Position numbers and translations under genes: made by a program. Of a stretch of DNA of 64,000 nt, positions 42,623 through 55,844 are shown in pieces. Source of the stretch: Eledone cirrhosa (taxonomy: Eukaryota); contig OZ024741.1 of the NCBI GenBank assembly GCA_964016885.1, forward strand, positions 54,188,001 through 54,252,000, read 5' to 3'. Each line of letters begins with the position of its first letter. Within the stretch, counting starts at the first letter, position 1. The notes below the pieces were generated by a model that made no database searches, had not been told where the DNA came from, and saw only the letters and a program-made list of their open reading frames with translations.

Positions 42623-43218
42623 ACCTCATTTTACTAGTCTCAAGAACGCATCTATACGACGTGAGAAAGAATCCCAAAAGGCGGAGGGGGAGATAGTCAC
42701 GCGATATAACGGTCGAGAAACAGAGCTAAGCCTCCTATAACCACGAAGAAAATACCACGGAGGCGGAGGGGGTATTCATATCGAGGCCGTAGAAGAGGTA
42801 GTGAAGAAGGCGAGAAGTACGAGTAATGGAAGCTTTCCAGTTGTCCCCACACTTCAAAGATTGCTCGACCAGAGGGAGTTATTAATATATTTAGAAACAC
42901 ACAGATACATGTATATATGTGTGTGTCCGCATGTATCTGTGTGTTTCTAAATATATTAATAACTCCCTCTGGTCGAGCAATCTTTGAAGTGTGGGGACAA
43001 CTGGAAAGCTTCCATTACTCGTACTTCTCGCCTTCTTCACTACCTCTTCTACGGCCTCGATATGAATACCCCCTCCGCCTCCGTGGTATTTTCTTCGTGG
43101 TTATAGGAGGCTTAGCTCTGTTTCTCGACCGTTATATCGCGTGACTATCTCCCCCTCCGCCTTTTGGGATTCTTTCTCACGTCGTATAGATGCGTTCTTG
43201 AGACTAGTAAAATGAGGT

Positions 43219-43309
43219 ATCCTCTTGATAAGTTGGCAGACCTCGCAAGGACTCTATATCTTTGATATATTGTTTTTGTTTATGCCACGAAACTACGTAG
43301 TCGAGGAAT
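43219..43309 (+). ncRNA. Type I hammerhead, U3-A8 core variant
   Basis: TCCTC-TTGATAA-GTTGGCA (44-nt loop) TGCCAC-GAAA-CTACGTAG-TC-GAGGA; predicted GUC cleavage after 43302. Confidence 0.72.
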
Positions 43310-43809
43310 TTAGGAGCAGTTTAGGTATGATACATTTTATTACCAATTATATCTAAATGTTTCTTCTCTCTTCATAATGTATTTTTAACTCTGATACTGG
43401 TTCAGTCTGGTTCAAACTGAATTGGTCTGTCCCAGTCATTCATTGAGCAACATCGGTGAAGTTGGCACCCTTAACTCGCAGTTGGGTGCGGATGCATTCA
43501 TGTATATATGTGTGTGTCCGCATGTATCTGTGTGTTTCTAAATATATTAATAACTCCCTCTGGTCGAGCAATCTTTGAAGTGTGGGGACAACTGGAAAGC
43601 TTCCATTACTCGTACTTCTCGCCTTCTTCACTACCTCTTCTACGGCCTCGATATGAATACCCCCTCCGCCTCCGTGGTATTTTCTTCGTGGTTATAGGAG
43701 GCTTAGCTCTGTTTCTCGACCGTTATATCGCGTGACTATCTCCCCCTCCGCCTTTTGGGATTCTTTCTCACGTCGTATAGATGCGTTCTTGAGACTAGTA
43801 AAATGAGGT

Positions 43810-43900
43810 ATCCTCTTGATAAGTTGGCAGACCTCGCAAGGACTCTATATCTTTGATATATTGTTTTTGTTTATGCCACGAAACTACGTAGTCGAGGAAT
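43810..43900 (+). ncRNA. Type I hammerhead, U3-A8 core variant
   Basis: Same motif, second unit. Confidence 0.72.
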
Positions 43901-44400
43901 TTAGGAGCAGTTTAGGTATGATACATTTTATTACCAATTATATCTAAATGTTTCTTCTCTCTTCATAATGTATTTTTAACTCTGATACTGGTTCAGTCTG
44001 GTTCAAACTGAATTGGTCTGTCCCAGTCATTCATTGAGCAACATCGGTGAAGTTGGCACCCTTAACTCGCAGTTGGGTGCGGATGCATTCATGTATATAT
44101 GTGTGTGTCCGCATGTATCTGTGTGTTTCTAAATATATTAATAACTCCCTCTGGTCGAGCAATCTTTGAAGTGTGGGGACAACTGGAAAGCTTCCATTAC
44201 TCGTACTTCTCGCCTTCTTCACTACCTCTTCTACGGCCTCGATATGAATACCCCCTCCGCCTCCGTGGTATTTTCTTCGTGGTTATAGGAGGCTTAGCTC
44301 TGTTTCTCGACCGTTATATCGCGTGACTATCTCCCCCTCCGCCTTTTGGGATTCTTTCTCACGTCGTATAGATGCGTTCTTGAGACTAGTAAAATGAGGT

Positions 44401-44491
44401 ATCCTCTTGATAAGTTGGCAGACCTCGCAAGGACTCTATATCTTTGATATATTGTTTTTGTTTATGCCACGAAACTACGTAGTCGAGGAAT
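44401..44491 (+). ncRNA. Type I hammerhead, U3-A8 core variant
   Basis: Same motif, third unit. Confidence 0.72.
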
Positions 44492-44720
44492 TTAGGAGCA
44501 GTTTAGGTATGATACATTTTATTACCAATTATATCTAAATGTTTCTTCTCTCTTCATAATGTATTTTTAACTCTGATACTGGTTCAGTCTGGTTCAAACT
44601 GAATTGGTCTGTCCCAGTCATTCATTGAGCAACATCGGTGAAGTTGGCACCCTTAACTCGCAGTTGGGTGCGGATGCATTCATGTATATATGTGTGTGTC
44701 CGCATGTATCTGTGTGTTTC

Positions 44721-44767
<47 letters not shown>

Positions 44768-44771
<4 letters not shown>

Positions 44772-46083
44772 TATAAAGCTGACGACCGTATGTAAGTAAC
44801 GTAACAAACTTTCCGCCAAACGACTGGACCAAACGACAGCTCCAAATTTGCACCATAGATGTAACTTTTTCCAAGTAAAAAAATGAGGGTAATTTTGTCT
44901 ACTGAATTTTGTTAAAAGATTAAAGACGTTATGTAAATATTCACTTCTTTAAAATTTCAAATGTCAACACTTTCGGTTATACGTCATTCCTCACTTTTTC
45001 TCATGATGTCGCACAGCATTCCCCTCTTTTTCTTAGTCTGTCTTTTTAGATAGATACACAGCATTAGATAACGTTTTTCGAAATATTTACTTCTGCGTTC
45101 ACAGACTGATTTTTTTAGTTAAAGGTAAAAGCAGCGACTCTTTGCTTAAACTTTAATGTTATTTTAATATATATATTCGTGTACAGATATTTTGGCATAC
45201 ACAAAAACAAAAACCTATTTATTTCACGAAAGCACAGACAGCTTATCGTCATTGTTACTGTTCAAGGTTAGAGGACCACAGTCTTCCCATGATCTGAGAA
45301 CCATCAATGGCGATCAATGTTCCACTTACCGTTTGGCTTGCCAGATGCGTGGTATGTTACACAATGACAGTAATTGGCATCTCACCCTGCAAGAAGCAGC
45401 AGCTGCTAAAGTCCCTTCTCAGCTGCGAAAACCTTTTGCTATTATGCTGCACAACTGCGATCTCGCCGACCCTCTCACACTGCAACAACCACCGTGATCG
45501 TCTAGCTGAAGACATCCTCCAGCGCACACGCAGACACAATCCAAACGTAACATACGATGACGTTTTCAATGAGGCGCTCATTTGTCTTGAAAACAATTTC
45601 CTGGAGATTGGTGGTAGGCCTCTACGTCACTACAGCTTACCTGCTCCTGACAGGAGTGTCCAGAGGTCAACGTCTACAGAGCTTCTCCGCGAGACGAGCT
45701 ACGAAATCAGTGATTTTCCCATGGTCAATTGTATGTAGGATGCTCTAGGGTGAGCTCACTAAACAATCTCTTTATCTTTGCTCAGGAGCGCCGAACAAAA
45801 AATATTGTATACTCTGAGGCTCTAACAATGTAATTTAAATATTTTCTATCACTTGGAATTCCATTATGGTTGTACAAATTATTGTTTGTTAAAAAATGTG
45901 TTCTCTGTTCAGCCTTTATTGTTGTAACTATCAATTTTCTTTAACGTACTGGCTGCTGAACAGGGGGATCCTAAAAACTGTCCAAAACCAACATCAGAGC
46001 ACGTTAACCCCCCCCCTCCTTGGATTCCTGAAAAGATAAAATGCCGATATACCTAGCCCGGCGCCACCGGGAGGAGCCAGCTA

Positions 46084-46084
<1 letters not shown>
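44768..46084 (+). mobile_element. Internally deleted Helitron
   Basis: RepHel remnants (LLLFKVRGPQS..DLRTING...TYRLAC..RGML.ND..W..TL.EA, QLR..FA.ML, LAEDIL, NIVYSEAL); 3' hairpin CCCGG-cgcca-CCGGG at 46057-46071 then CTAG followed by T. Confidence 0.85.
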
Positions 46085-46128
<44 letters not shown>

Positions 46129-46654
46129 TAAACGGAATAGAAAATGCTGACAATTTGTTCACAGTGAAAAATAGTTTAATTAGGAATAAGTGAGAATTAG
46201 TAATTGTATTGGTTAGTATTCAGTTTTGGTTTTAACTTTTACCGGTTGCGCATTTCTAATGCTTTTCAAAAATAATTTTGAGATAGAGCGTCCGTGATGT
46301 TTGCTCAGATCAGAGCAAACATATATATATATATATACACACCTTGGGAATATGTTATTCCACTTTAACTGACCACGCTAAATTGCAGTTCCATCCCATA
46401 TTCAACGATCTCATTTTTCAATTCTGTATAAGTTTTTGTTTGTTTTTAATAATATAATTTATTTAATATAAAAAATCTGACAATATCAAGAACGGCCATT
46501 GACATTCTATAAAAACCATTAAGCAGTCTAATAAAGACGAAACAAACTATTAAAGGAACAGAAAGGGGAGAAGAGAAAAATAAAATTAAAAGGAGAAAAA
46601 GAAAGAAGTATCAAGAGGCAAAAGAAAGGGAGAAGGAGAGGAGCAGTCACTACA

Positions 46655-46930
46655 TCATAGTATGGACGTTGCCTCAGCCGCGCCCCACGGACAAAACGAC
46701 AAAAGCATTACCTGGAACTGGGAGAATGGCCAGTGACGACCGCAGCAATCGCACCCCGCCTCACGAGGCTCCTTACTCAAGCGTCTTTCCGACTTTATGC
46801 AGGAAATCAGCGCTATGAGAACCAAGAATGCCAGAGATCTCGATAGAAACAGATGCAAAGAGGAAGCGGTCCCTTTGACCTCTCCGTATTGTCCTTCATA
46901 CTTCACAGTTCGCCGGTATTCTTGTAGCAT
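46655..46930 (-). mobile_element. Highly degenerate CRE-like 3' fragment
   Basis: RRTVKY, EPREAG and SLA..GNAFVVL-like remnants resembling 36100-36475. Confidence 0.4.
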
Positions 46931-47642
46931 CTTACGTGATGGTATGTGCTAACTATCATAGCCTATAGCCTCGCTGTTTCCCTGGACTATACACATATGA
47001 TGACAAATGGAGATTTGCATGATTGTGCTATTGTCGTTCTCCTATCCAATATGAGGGCTTCTTCATATCTATGTGGAAGCATGTATGTACACATATATAT
47101 GTATATAGTGTCACATACACTACAATTCTGCATGTACATATACGCATGCACATGTACGCCCACGCACACGCCATCATCTCAAAGCTGTCAACGTTCTTCT
47201 AATCAGCTCACGTTTTCAAACATACAAACAATTTACACGATAACACCTAAAATCAGTTCTATGCGCAACAAATTCTTATACTTTCTACTTTAGAATAAAA
47301 AAACAGACATACACAATAAGCCTTCAAATAAAATTACGATCAAACCGACGCCACGATATTCATCCCCTGAGAGTCCTGTACAAACAAATACAAACACTTG
47401 TTAGGACCTTTTTTCCACTTTGGTGATTCTTCACCAATTTAGACTGAGTCAAAATCTTTCATTTTCCAAGATGGCTGACTAACCACAACATATGCTTTTT
47501 CTATCGTGTCCATGTTTCAATGTTTTAATATTCTTCACTTTTCACCATTTCAACCTTTCTATTCTCTTTCTCACACTCTCTCTCCTTCTCTGTATTTCTC
47601 TCTCTCTCTCTCCCTCTCCCTCTCTCTATCTCTCTCTCTCTT

Positions 47643-47683
47643 TCTGTTCTAATGAAGGGCTAGTGCCCGTAACGTTAAGAAAC
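47643..47683 (+). ncRNA. Degenerate minimal hammerhead in a pLTR remnant
   Basis: CTAATGA-AGGGC tagt GCCC-GTAA-CG-TT-AAGA; two core substitutions; related to 14855. Confidence 0.4.
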
Positions 47684-47916
47684 TTTTCAACTCTATCAGA
47701 CGCTCAACTCATATCTCATCATTGTATTGTTCTCGTGTGTTGTTTTACATTGTTGAGTTTTCCTCTATCCGGGTTGCTGACGTAACTATAATTACTTATG
47801 TAAATGATACTAGCACTTCATCTTTCGGTGAAACTGGGGCTAGGTTGGGCGTATATCAATATGTTTGATACTTTTGTTAATAGATTAGATTATCGATTGT
47901 TTTATATTAGTTGTCT

Positions 47917-47948
<32 letters not shown>

Positions 47949-47952
47949 ACAT

Positions 47953-47996
<44 letters not shown>

Positions 47997-47998
<2 letters not shown>

Positions 47999-48117
47999 AC
48001 GTGTGGCGCTGATTGGTTAGAGAACTGGATTTGCAATCGTGAGGTTGTTAGTTCGATTCCTGGACCGGGCTATGCGTTATGTCCTTGAGCAAGACGCTTT
48101 ATTTCACGTTGCTTCTT
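47997..48117 (+). mobile_element. SINE family A copy
   Basis: tggcgctgattggttagag A box, gttcgattcc B box, gtccttgagcaagacgctttatttc. Confidence 0.75.
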
Positions 48118-48269
48118 CTACCTGGATTGCGACCGATAGACAGTATTAGCAATTGGAAAGACCAACGGAAATATTGTTTCCTCGGTCCGATTTGACGAAA
48201 GTCGATCGACAAATTTTTTAAAAAATATATATATATATATATTTTTTAAAAAAACCCTTTGTTTTTGTA

Positions 48270-48660
48270 TTTGTTTTGCAAGATTTGTAATCTGAAAACG
48301 TGTCTTGAAACATATATTGTTATAATTTGGTGAGGATCATGGTACCAATAAAAACACATGCATCTGTTGGTTTTCACTTCAATTTATTACATATTTCTAG
48401 TTGCTTGGTTTAATAACCGGATGATTGTTTAGTTATTGTCAAAGGCCTTTCGTCACACATTCTGTTACCGCCTCAGTGACTAATTTGTTATTTTATGTAT
48501 CACCTTTGTTCTGTCCTACACCACCTTGTTTTTGTGTGTTGTATGCTATGTATTTCGGTTGGTCATGCCTTATATCCGGGTGTGTGTGTTTTTATTTATT
48601 TATACGTTTATTTACTTGTCACTAGTTGGTTGCTTGTTCTAGCTGTGTGAGTGTGCGTTT
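48270..48660 (-). mobile_element. Diverged pLTR of the 9.3-kb PLE family, with a degenerate HHR at 48438-48480
   Basis: Similar to 9320-9700; minus strand GTCA-CTGAGGC-GGTAACA..TGTGAC-GAAA-GGCC-TT-TGAC. Confidence 0.7.
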
Positions 48661-48682
48661 ATGTATGGTGAATGCCTGAAAT

Positions 48683-48868
48683 AATTGTTTCTACTTTTGG
48701 TACAAGGCCAGCAATTACCACAGTGTATAGTAGTGCTTTATTTTATCGACACCGTAAGGATGAAAGTCAAAGCTAACATTGGTGGTATTTTAACTCAGAA
48801 CGAAAAGGGTCATAACTCTATGCTGCAAAGCATGGTGTCTGAGGCTCCACCGATACTGTCAAACCACC
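48683..48868 (-). mobile_element. SINE family B copy
   Basis: Reverse complement of the 22945-23136 sequence. Confidence 0.75.
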
Positions 48869-49577
48869 GACCTGAAAAAATGTCTTATTTTTGCCTGTGT
48901 TGTTTACTGGACAATATCCTCTGACGATCTGGATTGCTAATATAACTATAATTATTTATGTAAATGATTCTAGCATTTCATCTTTTGGTGAAACTGGCGC
49001 TGGGTTGGGTAGGTATCAATATTTTAATATTTTTTTAAATTGATTTGATTATCGATTGTTTGATATTAGTTGTATTAATTTTGTTGGCAATCCTAATTAA
49101 TTTGTTGGATACATCAATAATTTAAATATTTTAATTAATTCATATGATGGCCGATTGCATGTTAGTCATATTAATTTTTGTTGATAACCCAAATTAATTT
49201 GTTCAATATTCCCTCTACTCCACTGATTCTGTAAATAAAGTACTCTGTTCATGGATTCATTCCAGTTAACATTGAGTACAATGGCGTGTGGCGCGGTGTT
49301 ACAATGCGATGGATGTGAAAAGCACTACGTGGTATTGTAATTTTGTAAATTTGTTAATAGTGCACCGCGTTGCCTCCCTTGTTCTCACTATAGTGGGAGA
49401 TGGAGAGGGCAGGAGAGGGAGGCGGTGACAGTGGGATTTTGGTTCTTTTGTATTCGGACCTGGTGTATATATGTGTATATTGGAGAGGATGAGTATTTGG
49501 TGGTATCTATTTATATTTCGTATTTGTATTTATTTTGCAAGGTTTCTAATCTGAAAACGTGTGTTGAAACATGCACC

Positions 49578-49803
49578 TGACGGAGGAAACGTGATTTCCA
49601 TCAGACCAGTTTCCTGCTAATCAGCAATAGAGCTCACAAGTTGCTATTTCTTTCTCTCATAAGAAAGAATTCGCATTTGATAGGATATATGAATAAGTAC
49701 AATATGTATGGCGATAAATTTTCCGTTTCAAATTTTCCTTTCTTCATCTGCGTTCCATAGAAAAGTCGTTTCTGTGTTGAATGCAGCCTGCGCCTTTGAG
49801 ACT
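49578..49803. repeat. Left copy of a ~230-bp inverted repeat pair
   Basis: tgacggaggaaacgtgatttccatcagaccagtttcctgctaatcagcaatagagc... inverted at 53194-53426. Confidence 0.8.
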
Positions 49804-50129
49804 CCTGCATAAGTTATGAGCATTCCACGCGTACGCGTAACGTAGTTTTCCGGGACATTCAGATTGACACAGTATGAGATAAAGCTTAATTATAAATAGA
49901 GTCATACAATTTCTACCTGTCTAATTTCACAGTAAAAGGTTCAGGTCCACCTGGGGCTACGGTAAAAGGTAATTTGCTTGAGATGACATGTAGTGGATTC
50001 GAACCGGGAACGTTATGACTGTGAACAAAATCTTCTTATACAAACAGACATGCAAGCGCAGATACAACACATATACATAAACACATACAAAAATGCATGC
50101 ACAAGCTGGATTTAGAAGGGCTCTAGACA

Positions 50130-50985
50130 AACAAAAATTAAATAAGATAGTAGAAAAATCAGGTATTCCTATAAAAGCCCTAATTAGAAGAAAAACCCCT
50201 GTGTTGATAGAAAAGTTTAGTCTGCAAATTAATGCTACAAATTACCTACAAAACTAGGAACGTAGTATATAGCATAAGATGAATGGAGGGACAGTGAAGG
50301 AATAGGAACATGACTTACAAAAGCGAGATGATCCGTAGCATAGAAGATAGTATAAATGTTGGAGAGGACTCAGAGATGAGAAGAACTCGTTAGTACTCCA
50401 CCAACATGCCAAAATGGAATATGGAGGCACACCAAAGAACTGCAAATTAAAAATCATATCCACACACAGAATACACACAATGCTCCGATAGATTACAGAA
50501 GCGACAAACATAAACGAACTCTAACCAAAACTAAACAGATATTATTAGTTGAATAGCTACAACATAACAACTAATAACTAAGGACAAGATAAAGAAATAC
50601 AAAGACACACAAGAACTAAAATAATAAAACAAACCAGACACACACAGATAGAACAAGGAACCAACTAGAAACAAATAAGTAAATGTATAAATAAATAAAA
50701 ACGCACACGCACACAAACAGACTTGGATATAGTGCATGCGCAGCCCAAGAACATAGTTCACAAAAACAAGATGGTGTAGAACAGAACACAGGAGAGACAC
50801 AAAATAACAATAAAGGTCGGCACTCAGGAGATCACATAATCTGTAACGAAAGTGCATTGACAATCAACATCTCAACACCCCTCTAGTTATTAGACTAATC
50901 CACTGGGAGCTTATAACAAATTGAAGTGAAAACCAACAGCTGCGTGTGTTTTTATTCGCAGCATGATCCTCGCAAAGTACAACTA
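50130..50985 (+). mobile_element. Old degenerate copy of the 9.3-kb PLE family 3' end
   Basis: LVLHQHAKMEY and RQITEA-like remnants followed by a pLTR similar to 11150-11490. Confidence 0.65.
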
Positions 50986-51059
50986 CACACACACACACAT
51001 ACACACGCACACACACAGACAGAGTAAGTAAGGTACTCAATACAAAGCAGAGTATAAAT

Positions 51060-51171
51060 ATTTAATATAGAAAAGGCTTCTACAGGACTAGAACTATTTC
51101 ATTCAGGCGAAATCAACAGGAAGCTCCAATGATTTCTCCCGACTGAAACAGTTCTAGTCCTGTAGAAGCCT

Positions 51172-51180
<9 letters not shown>
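51060..51180. mobile_element. Head-to-head pair of degenerate hammerhead-containing ends (15083 family)
   Basis: aggcttctacaggactagaact / agttctagtcctgtagaagcct; minus-strand core CTGTTGA. Confidence 0.6.
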
Positions 51181-51245
<65 letters not shown>

Positions 51246-51415
51246 GATATGACAGGAGGCTGGATTTGTGTAAATCCTTGAAAGGTTTATTATACTATGA
51301 TCATTTCAATGACCGGGTTCCGTATGAATCCGGTGATATCATCAGCTATTCGAAATATAACAAGTGAATGTAATAGATAAAATCCATGGGGCTGAAAATC
51401 AAGGAACCTTAAACC

Positions 51416-51495
<80 letters not shown>

Positions 51496-51511
51496 TATAT
51501 ATATATATTTA

Positions 51512-51560
<49 letters not shown>

Positions 51561-51628
51561 TATATATATAAATATTTATATATATACAATATATTAATAA
51601 ATGGAAACTATATTTATAAAACCATAAT

Positions 51629-51694
51629 TATTTTATTATATATATTTCAAGGGCAACCAAGGAAAATTATGGTGCGCTTTCATCAGATAAAATA
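51629..51694 (-). ncRNA. Type I hammerhead ribozyme
   Basis: Reverse complement of 51992-52057. Confidence 0.7.
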
Positions 51695-51991
51695 CAGATT
51701 TGTTTTATAAATAAATATTGACATACCCGGAAAAAAGACAACCTTAACGGTTGAAGTCCCTGGATAGTGGAGATAATAATTTATTGAGGGTGATATAAAG
51801 TTATGAGTGAGTATGCAAATGCCTGTCAGAAAAATTGAAAATACAACGGTTTATTTAAATTAAAATGTTGCATACTCACTCATAACTTTATATCACCCTC
51901 AATAAATTATTATCTCCACTATCCAGGGACTTCAACCGTTAAGGTTGTCTTTTTTCCGGGTATGTCAATATTTATTTATAAAACAAATCTG

Positions 51992-52057
51992 TATTTTATC
52001 TGATGAAAGCGCACCATAATTTGCCTTGGTTGCCCTTGAAATATATATAATAAAATA
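51992..52057 (+). ncRNA. Type I hammerhead ribozyme
   Basis: TATTTTAT-CTGATGA-AAGCGCACCA..TGGTTGCCCTT-GAAA-TATATA-TA-ATAAAATA. Confidence 0.7.
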
Positions 52058-52208
52058 ATTATGATTTTCTAAATATAGTTTCCATTTATTAATATATTGT
52101 ATATTTACTCCACTCGCTGTTGAGTGCTTTATTACAGTTATAAAAATGTTAAGCTTGTTGAATCCCAACAAATTAAATATAACCTCTGCATATATATATA
52201 TATATATA

Positions 52209-52244
<36 letters not shown>

Positions 52245-52692
52245 TATGTATCCCCACCATGCTGGTTTTGGTATGGTATTCTCATAGGAAGCAATGGGAG
52301 ATGAGAGAAAGAGTATTGAGAAGCCCAGGAGGAGAAGGAAAGAGATCTGTATATAAACTAAGAATTCGGTTTTAAGAATATCGTCTATTTTGACATATAT
52401 ATATATAAAGCTAAAGCAAACAGTACATCTATTAAAATGTTGATATCAAGCACGTAACTAAGTACAAGGTAAAATAAATGATATATCAAACTTATAAAAT
52501 ACATAAATGAAAACTAAATTAAAAGCATCTACATCTGCAATGTCAAAAAGATGTTGACATACATTTAGCAAACACGTGTACAAATAACAACAACGACAAC
52601 AACATTAGAAGTAGTAACAGAAAAACAAATAACAAGAATAACAATGTGGCAAAGATTGTACGATGGTACGAATAAATATAATGGTACTTGCA

Positions 52693-52760
<68 letters not shown>

Positions 52761-52768
52761 TTCTGGAT

Positions 52769-52804
<36 letters not shown>

Positions 52805-53193
52805 TTCTGGATGTGTCTGTGTATGTGTGTGGTATTTACGCTGTGTGAATAAGATTTTATTTTAACGATCATAATGTTCCTGGTTTGAATCCACTATATG
52901 ACATCTTGGGCAAATTATGTTTCACCATTGCCCCAGGTGGACCCGGACCATTTTTTTTGTAAAATTAAATAGGCAGAAATTGTGTGGATAACGGCAAAAT
53001 GAATTTCATTTATAATTCAGTTTTATCTCATATTGTGTCAATCTGAATATCACGGAGAATTACGTTAAGCGTACACGTGGAATATTCACAACTTTAACAT
53101 TTATACAAAATGGACTTTACATGCAATTCAAATGTTGATTATTGTTATACACTGTGTCACACTGATTCTGCTTGAAGATTGGTTTCCCGCAGA

Positions 53194-53426
53194 AGTCTCA
53201 GACACGCAGGCTGCATTCAACACGGAAACTATTTTTCTATGGAACGCAGATGAAGAGAAGAAAATTTGAAACGGAAAATTGTATCGCCATATATATTATA
53301 CTTATTCATATATCCCAGTTACTATCATATGCGAATTCATTCTTATGAGATAAAAAATAGCAGCTTGTTTGCTCTATTGCTGATTAGCAGGAAACTGGTC
53401 TGATGGAAATCACGTTTCCTCCGTCA
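53194..53426. repeat. Right copy of the ~230-bp inverted repeat pair
   Basis: Reverse complement of 49578-49803 with scattered differences. Confidence 0.8.
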
Positions 53427-53829
53427 TTTCACTTTTTGTGCTGCTGCCCCTCTCCCTAATGACGTAATAGTCCTTTTAAATCCTTGAGTCTGAGACCCCA
53501 GATTTAAAGATTCACTTACACGCAAATTTAACGAGTAGATTATTCAGTTAATTATAAGTAACTAGAACACTTATCACCACAACTGACGAAGGAACCATGA
53601 TTTTTGACATTGTGTGGTGTGGTGTGGTTGCATGCGTGTGTCAAGGTGTGTCTCTGCTTTGGCGTGTTATGGCGTGTTTCAACGTGTGTGTAATCTTGAA
53701 GCTGCGATGCTGATCACAGGTATCTTGGAAATAAGACAACGACAGCATCATCTCGTTCTGCTCCTACTTGTCAAATATTTACTGCTGATTTGCACTGTTT
53801 AACAGTTCTCATTTATTTACTCTCTCTTG

Positions 53830-54065
53830 TCAACAATAAAATCATCTTCGTCATCCTCATCATTGCCACCATCATCAACAATAACAAAAACGACAATAGC
53901 AACAATAACACCAACAACAACAACTACACCAATACCTCCACCACCGGCAGCATTAACGATAACGACCACAATAACATTAGCATCATCCCCAACATCGCCA
54001 ACTACAACAGCACCACCATTGCCACCACCAAGACCAACAGTAACAATAACGAATTAAATAGTACC

Positions 54066-54097
<32 letters not shown>

Positions 54098-54191
54098 CAT
54101 TAACAACAACAATATTATCAACACCACCACCACCACCACCAACAGCAACAACTATAACATTGCCAACAACAATATTATCAACAACAACAAC

Positions 54192-54223
<32 letters not shown>

Positions 54224-54800
54224 CAATAACATTACCAACAACAATATTATCAATAACACCACCACCAGCACCAGCACCAACACCACCAACACCACCACCA
54301 ACATCACCACCAACACCACCAGCACCAACAACAATAACATTACCAACAACAATATTATCAATAACACCATCAACACCAACACTATTACCAACAACACCAA
54401 CAACACCACCAACAATAACAATAACATTACCAACAACAATATTATCAACAACACCAACACCATTACCATCGCCACCACTACCAACAGCAACAACAATAAC
54501 AACAACATGACCAATAACACCAACAACAGAAACACCCTTATAACTACCTAACACCTTCAAAACCTAAACCAACACCACCACCAACAAAATACAGATACCA
54601 ACACCGCCATCAGCAGTACAGCCATCATATACAGCAGCAAAAATACCGACTTCAACCACACCACCAACAACAACGACAACAACGACGACAACAACACCTC
54701 CACTAACTCCCCTACTATCACCTCCACTAACACGCAAAGGAACAACCTTAACATGACTACCAACGACAGCCAAACACCATTACCAACACTACTGCAACAT
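53830..54800. repeat. (AAC)/(ACC) triplet-derived minisatellite
   Basis: aacattaccaacaacaatattatcaa module repeated among AAC/ACC runs. Confidence 0.9.
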
Positions 54801-55844
54801 CACCCCCTATAACGTCTCTGGACAAATAACATACAAATATTAAATATAAATATCACGCACAACATATGTAAACTGATGAGACAGGACAATATCCTAGAAG
54901 AATTGACTTTCATAATATCAAAAAAATCTGTAACACAAAGGTGATTAATATAACAGACAGATACACACAGCTTCAATAGTAACGTCTCCAACATTTATAC
55001 CAAGAACAGCACTATCAATAAGGGCAACAACATTACAACTAAGAACACCAACACTATAATGACTCCCAACGACACAATAATGACTCCCAACAACAACACC
55101 ATTATCGTCACCAACATCAGAATTCCAGTAATGTACTGGGTAATTGATGGCCTTGTGCCAAAAGTAGAAACAATTATTAAAAATAACGATTCCAACAACA
55201 ATGATAACCAAAACCTTAAAACTACCGATACCAGCACTCAAAATAACGACTCCAACAGTAAAAACTATAGCAACAACGACAATACTATCAACAACAACAA
55301 TACTACCACTATGAACAACAACAATATCTATACAAAGCCTTAAACAATGAAAGAATAGAAACTAAATTGAGGTAGCAACTAATCCATTGTTTTACGATTG
55401 TGCCAATAAGAAAATATAGACGTATAGGCTACTCGAGAATTCTCAACTCCTCGTTTAGAAACACTGTTTTATTCGTATCCGCTCATTGTTTAATATTATG
55501 ACTTTATGCTTGGAATGAATATTCACATCAACACAACATCAATAGCTATGACGGTTATAAATCATGCCCTGCCAAGACAGAGCGTTTATAAATAGATAAT
55601 TAAAAGGTAATGACCCCTTTGTTTATTTCCCTGAACCCCATGACCCTATGATTTGCATTAAAAAATTTCGCATCTGAAGACAAGTCCGGGCAAGGTATTT
55701 TTGAGGATTAGCAGTCGTCCAGGTATACCAGTTTCCTTTCTCCACACCACTGATATTTTCCAAGGTAAAGGTAAATGCTGATAAAGCTTAGCACCAGTGG
55801 CATTGCAAGACATTTTTAAAGTTAACTGAAAAGGAATAACATGA

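Larger units (their letters stand above)
42462..44725. mobile_element. 591-bp-unit retrozyme-like element: inverted partial unit (42462-42910) plus ~3.1 tandem units, in (TA)n
   Basis: Identical ORF-track hits at 42917, 43508 and 44099 give a 591-bp period; inversion junction at catg near 42908-42911; both ends run into TA repeats. Confidence 0.9.
51590..52190. mobile_element. Head-to-head inverted non-autonomous PLE-type element with ~230-bp arms
   Basis: 51590-51818 is inverted at 51869-52100; flanked by (TA)n; HHR in each arm. Confidence 0.8.

Noticed and set aside
42917-44326. Repeated 75-aa ORF (MCVSACICVFLN...) in the 591-bp unit
   Set aside because: It starts in a TG-rich tract, has no recognisable domain and recurs only because the unit is repeated.
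47997-48070. SINE heads as functional tRNA genes
   Set aside because: They do not fold into full cloverleaves and continue into SINE bodies.
53790-54560. Asn/Thr-rich 253-aa and related ORFs
   Set aside because: Triplet-repeat DNA is open in most frames; no coding signature.
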